The notes beneath the pieces are model-generated. The model made no database searches, was not told where the DNA came from, and worked only from the letters and a program-made list of their open reading frames with translations. A program made the position numbers and the translations under genes. A DNA stretch of 64,000 bases from positions 4,672,001-4,736,000 of the forward strand of contig OZ241362.1 of NCBI GenBank assembly GCA_965200315.1, read 5' to 3'. This DNA is from Candidatus Latescibacterota bacterium. GTDB lineage: Bacteria > Latescibacterota > UBA2968 > UBA8231. Positions 57,766-64,000 of the stretch are shown piece by piece; position 1 is the stretch's first letter, and every line of letters starts with the position of its first letter.

Positions 57766-59607
57766 ATGCTCGAAGTCGGCCTCGCCATTGCTGCATTCGC
57801 CGTCGCCGCGGCCGTGGTCCGCCAAGCCGCCGCCGATAAGTCCTACGACCTCTCCGACGGAGAGCGCCATCCGCACAAATGGGGCTACACGGACACCCGC
57901 TTTGAGTTCGACGGGCCGAAGACCGTGCGGGTTACGGGCAGCCGCTATCCGCTGGCCGGCTTCACTATGCCGCACTTCATCCCCTTTGTCGAAGAGATGC
58001 TCGAGGTGCCGATTGATCCCAACGAGATGGCCGTCGAAAAAGAGGTCCACGAGGTGCCGCCCTCGCGGGCAGACGCCAGCCTCGTCGCTGCTTGGCAAGA
58101 CGCGCTCGGTGCCGAGCGGGTGTCGCTCGACGACGCGGAGCGCCTGATCCACAGCCACGGCCAGCTCAGCGTCGATGAGGTCTATCGCCTGCTCTACGGC
58201 GATGCCTTGGAGCGAGTGGTCGATCTGGTGCTTTATCCAGAGAGCGAAGACCACGTGCGCACCATCGTGCGCCTCGCGTCCGAGCTCAGTATTTGCCTCG
58301 TGCCCTACGGCGGCGGCACCAACGTCAGCGGCGCACTGGCCTTGCCCGCCGGCGACGACCGCGTCTTTGCTTCGGTCGATATGCGGCGCATGAAGCGGAT
58401 CGTCGATCTCGACGAGGACAACCTCCAAGCCTGCATTGAAGCGGGGATTTCGGGCAAGGAGCTGGAGCGGGAACTCGCCGTTCGGGGCTACACGGTCGGC
58501 CACGACCCCGACAGCATCGAGCTTTCGACCCTAGGAGGCTGGATCGCGACCAATGCCAGCGGCATGAAGAAAAACCGCTACGGCAATATCGAAGACATCG
58601 TCCTCGAAGCGACCTTGGTGACGCCGACCGGCGCGGTGGAGACCTTGCACACCACGCCGCGCAACTCGACCGGCATCCAGCCACGCGGGCTGCTTTTTGG
58701 CTCGGAGGGCAACCTCGGCATCATCACTAAGGCCGTGCTCAAGATCCATCCCCAACCGGAAGTGCGCGAGTACGGTTCGCTGGTGTTCAAGTCCTTTGCC
58801 CAAGGCGTGGAATACTTGCAGGCCCTGCGCCAGACCGGGACTTTGCCGGCGAGTATCCGCTTGGTCAACAACCAAGAATTCCGCTTCGGTCAGGCCCTCA
58901 AGGCCGCGCCTTCTGCCTTGAAGCACCTCAAGGAAAAGGTGCAGAAGTTCGCCTTGTTGAAGGTGTTGGGCTTTGATCCGCTAAAAATGGTGGCGTGTAC
59001 GATCGCGATGGAGGGGACTCGCGCCGAGGTCTCGCATCAGAAGCGGACGATCTTCAAGCTAGCCAAGGCTCACGGCGGCAAGAGCGCCGGTGCCACCAAT
59101 GGCCAGCGCGGCTACATGCTGACCTTTGGGATCGCCTATATCCGCGACTTTTTGAACCAGTTCGATTTCTTGGGCGAGACCTTTGAGACCTCCGTGCCTT
59201 GGAGCCGCATTCACGACGTGACGCAGGCCGTGCAAGCCGAGCTGACCGCGCAATGTAGCGCCCACGGCGTGGCCGGGCGGCCCTACCTGTCGTACCGGGT
59301 GACGCAGACTTATCACACCGGGGTGTGCATTTACTTTACGATGGGGTTTTGCGGGCGGGGATTGGCGCATCCCATTGAGGTCTATCACAACATCGAGCAC
59401 GCGCTGCGGCAGACGATTTTGGACAACGGCGGCTCGCTATCCCACCACCACGGGGTAGGTAAAATCCGCCAGAGCTTCGTCCAGCACATCCAGAGCGACA
59501 ACAGCATTGAGGCCCTGCGCAAGACCAAAGAAGCGCTGGACCCCCAGAATATTTTCGGCATTCAGAATGGGATTTTTGGCAGTGCGTACCGGAAGCCTGA
59601 GCAATAA
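57766..59607 (+). CDS. agpS: Alkyl-dihydroxyacetonephosphate synthase (FAD-linked, eukaryote-like)
   Basis: KWGYTDTRF, TGSRYPLAG, PYGGGTNVS, GHDPDSIELSTLGGW, ASGMKKNRYGNIED, GSEGNLG, FETSVPW, RVTQTY..GVCIYF and GGSLSHHHGVGK; AGGAG SD. Confidence 0.88.
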   Translation: MLEVGLAIAAFAVAAAVVRQAAADKSYDLSDGERHPHKWGYTDTRFEFDGPKTVRVTGSRYPLAGFTMPHFIPFVEEMLEVPIDPNEMAVEKEVHEVPPSRADASLVAAWQDALGAERVSLDDAERLIHSHGQLSVDEVYRLLYGDALERVVDLVLYPESEDHVRTIVRLASELSICLVPYGGGTNVSGALALPAGDDRVFASVDMRRMKRIVDLDEDNLQACIEAGISGKELERELAVRGYTVGHDPDSIELSTLGGWIATNASGMKKNRYGNIEDIVLEATLVTPTGAVETLHTTPRNSTGIQPRGLLFGSEGNLGIITKAVLKIHPQPEVREYGSLVFKSFAQGVEYLQALRQTGTLPASIRLVNNQEFRFGQALKAAPSALKHLKEKVQKFALLKVLGFDPLKMVACTIAMEGTRAEVSHQKRTIFKLAKAHGGKSAGATNGQRGYMLTFGIAYIRDFLNQFDFLGETFETSVPWSRIHDVTQAVQAELTAQCSAHGVAGRPYLSYRVTQTYHTGVCIYFTMGFCGRGLAHPIEVYHNIEHALRQTILDNGGSLSHHHGVGKIRQSFVQHIQSDNSIEALRKTKEALDPQNIFGIQNGIFGSAYRKPEQ

Positions 59608-60400
59608 GACCATTGTTATCACCGGTGCTTCTGCGGGCTTGGGCGCGACGCTGGCGGTGGAGTGTGCCCAACAGGGAGCGCAGTTGGTTATCTTGGCGCG
59701 GAATGCCGAGCGGCTGGAGGCCGTTGCCCGCGAGTGCGAGCAGTTGGGAAGCGCGGTGCTGACCGTCGTTGGGGATGTCGCCGTCGCCGAGGACGGTAGG
59801 CGGCTGGTGGAGGCCGCGATAGAGCGGTTTGGGTGCCTAGACTACTTGGTTGCCAACGCCGGCGTCAGCATGTGGACTGCGTTTGCCGAGGTCGAGGATG
59901 TGGGGTTATTCCGCACGCTGGCGGAGGTGAATTACTTGGGGGCTGTGCATTGTGTGCATCCGGCGCTGCCGCATCTCAAAAAAAGCAAGGGCCTATTCGT
60001 GGTCATTTCGTCGATTCAGGGGCAGGTGGGGGTGCCGCTGCACACTGGGTACTCGGCGTCCAAACACGCGCTACAGGGGTTTTGCGATGCGCTGCGGATG
60101 GAGGTGGCCGAGAGCGGGGTGGGGGTTATGACCGTGCTCTTGCACTGGCTCAGGGGGACGGAGCTGCGGCAACGCGCACTGGGGAAAGACGGGAAGGCGT
60201 TGGGGGCTGCATCGCGCAAACACCGGGCGGAAGCGGTGAGCTTGGAGCAGGCGGCGCAGGCGATTGTGCGCGGGATGCAGAATCGGCGGCAGCGGCTCTA
60301 CGTGCCGAGGCGACTCAGGCTGCTGGCGGTGGTTCACGCCCTGTGGCCGTCGCTGGCCGAGTGGGTCGTCAAGGGGAAGGTGGCGCGGGAGGAAGGGTAG
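59567..60400 (+). CDS. Short-chain dehydrogenase/reductase, DHRS7/DHRS7B-like
   Basis: Motifs TGASAGLG, NAG, ISSIQG and YSASKHALQGF. The start (ATG 59567 or GTG 59582) overlaps the agpS end. Confidence 0.85.
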   Translation: MGFLAVRTGSLSNKTIVITGASAGLGATLAVECAQQGAQLVILARNAERLEAVARECEQLGSAVLTVVGDVAVAEDGRRLVEAAIERFGCLDYLVANAGVSMWTAFAEVEDVGLFRTLAEVNYLGAVHCVHPALPHLKKSKGLFVVISSIQGQVGVPLHTGYSASKHALQGFCDALRMEVAESGVGVMTVLLHWLRGTELRQRALGKDGKALGAASRKHRAEAVSLEQAAQAIVRGMQNRRQRLYVPRRLRLLAVVHALWPSLAEWVVKGKVAREEG

Positions 60401-60417
60401 GCCGGATTCACTAGATG

Positions 60418-60440
60418 ATCCGCAGATGTCCGCAGAATAG
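60418..60440. repeat. CGCAGA tandem repeat related to 2655-2687
   Basis: atccgcagatgtccgcagaatag. Confidence 0.55.
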
Positions 60441-60453
60441 CGAATTGTTCAAG

Positions 60454-63231
60454 TCATTGTGATCGTTCGACTTGCACCTGATCCTTCAGTTCGAGATCGT
60501 CGAGAACCTGCCGTAGCTCGGTTTCCATGTTGTGGGCAAACTGCGAGTGGACGCTCACGGTGAATTCTATGCCGACGCTGAGTTCTTCCCCGGTGCGCAG
60601 CTTGGGCAGCAGCTTGGTTCCCAGCCGGTTCCATACTTCGGGGGGCACGGTGCCGGTAAGCCGAAGCCTTGTCTTTTGATTGGCTGGGCTTGGTGCTGGG
60701 GCCGATTCTGGCTCTGGCTGGGGTGCTGGCTCTGGACTTGAAGCGGGTTCTGGTTGCGGCTGTGGCGCATGTTCAGGCGCGGCTTTGAGTGCTTTGGCTT
60801 TGGCCTTGGTCACCAAGAAGACGTTCTCCTCAAACGCCACTTCCGCCGATTCGACCGTCTCTTCATACCACAGCCGATTAAAGCCGCCATCGTCTTGGGC
60901 ACCCGAGGCTAGGCCGAACTCTCCCTTCGCCACGAACTCAACGACCTTCTGACTCAGGATCGCATCGGGATCGAGCAGCCGCGTCAATGCGCCGTTCAGA
61001 AAGCTCTGGCGCAGACTTGTAAGCGGCCAAGCGCCGGTGTCTTTGAACGCGGCCGGCCAGTGGCGGTCAATGTAACCCGCCCCCACGTTCTCGTTGAGCA
61101 GGGCCTCGCTCTTCAAGGCACTGATGATCCGCCCGCAGAGGGTTCCGCTGCTACTGCTGTGGCCGGCTCCGAGATCGATGATCTTGAGCTTGTGCTGTTC
61201 CTGAGCGTCGGCCAGTGCGACAAAGCGATAGCCGGCCCATACTTCGTCTTTGGCCGCTTCTTCTGCGTCCCGAACATGAGTCTGAATCTCGGCGCGATCA
61301 GCGCGATCGTATTCTGAGCCGAGGACGCCTTCGGACACCTCTTGATCTACACGCTTCCAAGCGAGCCATAGCTCGACCTTGTCGCGCAGCTCGCGCCCCG
61401 GTTTCCGCGCACACCAGACCAGCGCACCTCGGTACAGCCGTGGCGAAGTGCCCCGCTCCTGAGTCCAGCGGCCAATGCGCTCGACTATCTCTATCTGATT
61501 GCCGTTTATCCATTCCTCATCGGGGTCGAGGACGATTAGGGTGAGGCGCGGAGAATCTTGGACGGCGGTGCTGTCCTGCGGGAAGAATGTTCTCGGCAGG
61601 GTGGCGCCGCGTTTGAACTCTTCCTCGACCAGCTTGCGGATCGCTGGCTTGATTTCTGTAGCCTCGTCGAGCGAAGCCCGGCGGTCACTGACGACCTTGC
61701 GCAATGTCGCTTGATGGTGGATGCGGTAGCCGTCGGTGCCGACCTTGCGGATAAAGAACCCCGACCCTTCGAGAGCGGTCGCCGCATTGTCGATGGTCGT
61801 GGTATCGACGTCGGGTTCGCCGAGCGCAAAGCGCAATTCCGGCAAATGGGCCACCTTGTCCATCTGTCCGCCAGAGGACTCGAATAGGATGGCCGCACCC
61901 ACGCGACGGTGGATATCGCGCAGTGCTCCCGTGGCATCCGCATCGAGCGGTCTGGCACGGGCCGCTGTCCCCGCGAGATCGGCGTCAATCGCCGCATCGA
62001 GCCGCGACTCGCCCAACTGGCCTAAGACCACGGCGCGAAACTCGGGCACGGCCAACGGTGCCGATCCTAGCGTAATCAGCGGCTCGGTGCGCGCCTTGGT
62101 GAACTGCTCGCGTGCGGCCCAAGAAATCCATTGCGCCAGCATGGCCAGTGCCCCTCGGGTTTGCTGGAATTGGGCGAGCGCGCGCCACTTGCGCTGAAAG
62201 ACCGAAAGGGTCGCCGGATGAAAGGGATAGCACGCCTCGAATCGGTCCCGCAGAAATTCTTTTGCTTTGGCCGCGGTCGTCGCGGTATCGACCGCCAGCC
62301 ACTCGTCGGGCAAGCGAGCCGTGCGCTCACAACACCAGTCCGCGTAGGTTTTGGCGACGCGCTTGCGAATGCGCTCGTTGCCGAGGTCCTCAAACAGCCG
62401 TCGGCGCACTACCTCGCTAATCTCGGATTCGTCATTGGCGATTAAGTCGCGGGCGACGCGGCGCACTACCTTGGTGATTCGGTCTTGCCACTGCTGATCC
62501 CAATCGGTCATTTCGACTTGGCTGCGCGGCAGGCTGATGACGGCTGCGGCCTGCGTGGTGCCGGTGACGGCGACGGTCAGGTTTTGTAGGAAGGCGTGGA
62601 AGGGTTCGGCCATGGGGCGATGGCGGTTGACGAAGTTGAGGACTTCATCGAACAACAGCAGCACGGGCGCATCCGCAGCGGCGAATACATTGGCCAGTGC
62701 TTCGGTTCCCGGTGGCGTGGTTTTCGCGGCCGCGCCGAGTGCAGCGACGCCCTTATCGCCGGCCAGTTGGCGGGCTAAGTCGATCCAAGGCGTCTCTCGG
62801 CCTTCGGCAGGGTCATAGGCATTGCCGACGAAGACGCCGACGCGGGCCGGCGGAGTTTTGGCAATGCCCGCCTCGTTTAGGAGGTCTGTTACGCCGGGGA
62901 GCTGGGCGGCATCCGCGCCAGCATTGGCGATATGGTACAGGGAAGCTAGGGTATGCGTCTTGCCGCCGCCGAATTGGGTGACGAGCGTGAGGACTGGTGC
63001 TGTGTTCTCGGTCTTGCCGGAAAGACGCCGGAGGACCATGCCGGCGTGTTCCTTCAGGGCGCGGGTGAAGCAGGTGCGCGAGAAGAACTGTGCTGGATCG
63101 CGGTAATCTACGGGGGCGGTTTGGGCGACGATTTGCTCAAGGGCGATGGCGAACTCGTCCGGGCTGAACGAGCGGCCTTCGCGCACTTCTTTGCGGAGCG
63201 TTACGATTTTGTACCAAGGGTCGAGGGCCAT
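60454..63231 (-). CDS. DUF499-family AAA+ ATPase (BREX-related defence systems)
   Basis: Start MALDPWYK; Walker A QFGGGKTH; LLLFDEV; VVRRRLFE; YPFHP; FQQTRGAL; Pro/Glu linker before the C-terminal domain. Confidence 0.88.
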   Translation of the reverse strand: MALDPWYKIVTLRKEVREGRSFSPDEFAIALEQIVAQTAPVDYRDPAQFFSRTCFTRALKEHAGMVLRRLSGKTENTAPVLTLVTQFGGGKTHTLASLYHIANAGADAAQLPGVTDLLNEAGIAKTPPARVGVFVGNAYDPAEGRETPWIDLARQLAGDKGVAALGAAAKTTPPGTEALANVFAAADAPVLLLFDEVLNFVNRHRPMAEPFHAFLQNLTVAVTGTTQAAAVISLPRSQVEMTDWDQQWQDRITKVVRRVARDLIANDESEISEVVRRRLFEDLGNERIRKRVAKTYADWCCERTARLPDEWLAVDTATTAAKAKEFLRDRFEACYPFHPATLSVFQRKWRALAQFQQTRGALAMLAQWISWAAREQFTKARTEPLITLGSAPLAVPEFRAVVLGQLGESRLDAAIDADLAGTAARARPLDADATGALRDIHRRVGAAILFESSGGQMDKVAHLPELRFALGEPDVDTTTIDNAATALEGSGFFIRKVGTDGYRIHHQATLRKVVSDRRASLDEATEIKPAIRKLVEEEFKRGATLPRTFFPQDSTAVQDSPRLTLIVLDPDEEWINGNQIEIVERIGRWTQERGTSPRLYRGALVWCARKPGRELRDKVELWLAWKRVDQEVSEGVLGSEYDRADRAEIQTHVRDAEEAAKDEVWAGYRFVALADAQEQHKLKIIDLGAGHSSSSGTLCGRIISALKSEALLNENVGAGYIDRHWPAAFKDTGAWPLTSLRQSFLNGALTRLLDPDAILSQKVVEFVAKGEFGLASGAQDDGGFNRLWYEETVESAEVAFEENVFLVTKAKAKALKAAPEHAPQPQPEPASSPEPAPQPEPESAPAPSPANQKTRLRLTGTVPPEVWNRLGTKLLPKLRTGEELSVGIEFTVSVHSQFAHNMETELRQVLDDLELKDQVQVERSQ

Positions 63232-63248
63232 CGTTTCACCATGCTCGG

Positions 63249-63432
63249 TTATTTCGGGTCTGCTGCTAGGGATTCTAAGTGTTCCAGCCACGCGCCAAAC
63301 CTAGGACATTCGGTGCGCATTTTGTCCAGTCCAATAGCTGTTGCTAGTTCCAGTCCGTCAACCCCTTTGCTGTACCTAGGGATCACACCGGCGATCCGTT
63401 TGCCCCTCCACCACAATCGCCAGCCGAATCAC
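63249..63432 (-). pseudogene. Internally deleted DUF4276 (TOPRIM-like) gene
   Basis: GTGA overlap with the ATPase stop. The N-terminus MIRLAIVVEGQT is joined out of frame to the C-terminus RIAGVIPRYSKGVDG...IGLDKMRTECPRFGAWLEHLESL. Confidence 0.8.
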
Positions 63433-64000
63433 GGACGTCCCCCGAGGATATTCTTCTCCCACAGTTCCCCGGTTGAGTAGTGCTCAATCCATTGCTTATA
63501 GGCGTCGGGATCAAGTTTTCGGCACAGCGTCTGGCCTTCCTTCAGATCCATGACGAAAACTTGGTCGATGTCGAATGTGTCCACCAAGTGGGGAGACTGC
63601 GTTGCTGCGATGATCTGTCTTTCGTGGGAGCGCGAAGCTATCATGCCGCCGATTAGCCCGACGGCCGATGTATGCAAGCCCAGCTCGGGCTCATCCAACA
63701 GGACGACGTCCGGCAACATATCGGTCGGCATTCTGAGCAGCGTCACTAGGGCAAAGGTCCGCAGCGATCCGTCGGAGGTTAGGTGGGCACCGAACGTCTT
63801 GTTCGACCACTTGGCTTTCCAGCGCAGTAAGACCTTTCCGTATTCCTCTTCGATGGCGAAGCGGTCAAAACCCGGTAGGACCCGCCCTATCTGCCAACAG
63901 ATGTCCTCATACACCCTCACGTCTTCCTGCTCCAGCCGGTATAGCACGGCCGCCAAGTTGCCCCCGTCACTGCGAAGTTGGTGGTTGTCATGCACATCCC
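63429..64000 (-). CDS. ABC-type AAA_21 ATPase, 5'-partial
   Basis: GGNLAAVL, TSDGSLR signature, Walker B VLLDEPELGLH, ATQSP and YSTGELWEKNILGGRP. Confidence 0.88.
   Translation of the reverse strand, partial: DVHDNHQLRSDGGNLAAVLYRLEQEDVRVYEDICWQIGRVLPGFDRFAIEEEYGKVLLRWKAKWSNKTFGAHLTSDGSLRTFALVTLLRMPTDMLPDVVLLDEPELGLHTSAVGLIGGMIASRSHERQIIAATQSPHLVDTFDIDQVFVMDLKEGQTLCRKLDPDAYKQWIEHYSTGELWEKNILGGRP

Noticed and set aside
60690-60780. Quasi-repeats in the DUF499 gene
   Set aside because: They encode a Pro/Glu/Ala linker (PQPEP). This is neither a CRISPR array nor a regulatory repeat.
1-64000. Impression of frequent CTAG sites and TAG stops; search for tRNA, rRNA, CRISPR and IS elements
   Set aside because: CTAG frequency cannot be quantified without counting. 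No RNA gene, spaced repeat array, transposase or integrase was recognised.

Overview
High-GC bacterial window with no rRNA, tRNA, CRISPR array, integrase or transposase visible. The secreted-protein families suggest an FCB-superphylum organism such as Latescibacterota, but this is a low-confidence inference. From left to right it contains: (1) a SAF-domain oxidoreductase, a low-GC accessory patch (SLATT-like 2-TM gene, a candidate Pro-rich 40-aa peptide, a small membrane protein) and a sigma54-type hsp20; (2) peptidases, nfeD-flotillin, a sulfatase/AKR/Gfo operon and purL; (3) a ~24 kb minus-strand envelope locus with four paralogous FlgD-Ig/T9SS-CTD-like secreted proteins, a CBM9-like protein, a putative outer-membrane barrel, a SurA-like chaperone, a lipoprotein, a nicastrin-like M28/FtsX fusion and two OPT-like transporters, interrupted by vapBC; (4) an FGE-like/MauG-like pair and CRTAC1/TPR/PpiC clusters; (5) an operon ending in an animal-like alkyl-DHAP synthase plus a DHRS7B-like SDR, a candidate eukaryote-type ether-lipid pathway; (6) the edge of a DUF499/AAA_21 defence island. 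Several deletion relics are visible, and two accessory cassettes are flanked by a diverged copy of the target gene's 3' end. All family calls come from recalled motifs, not from database searches.
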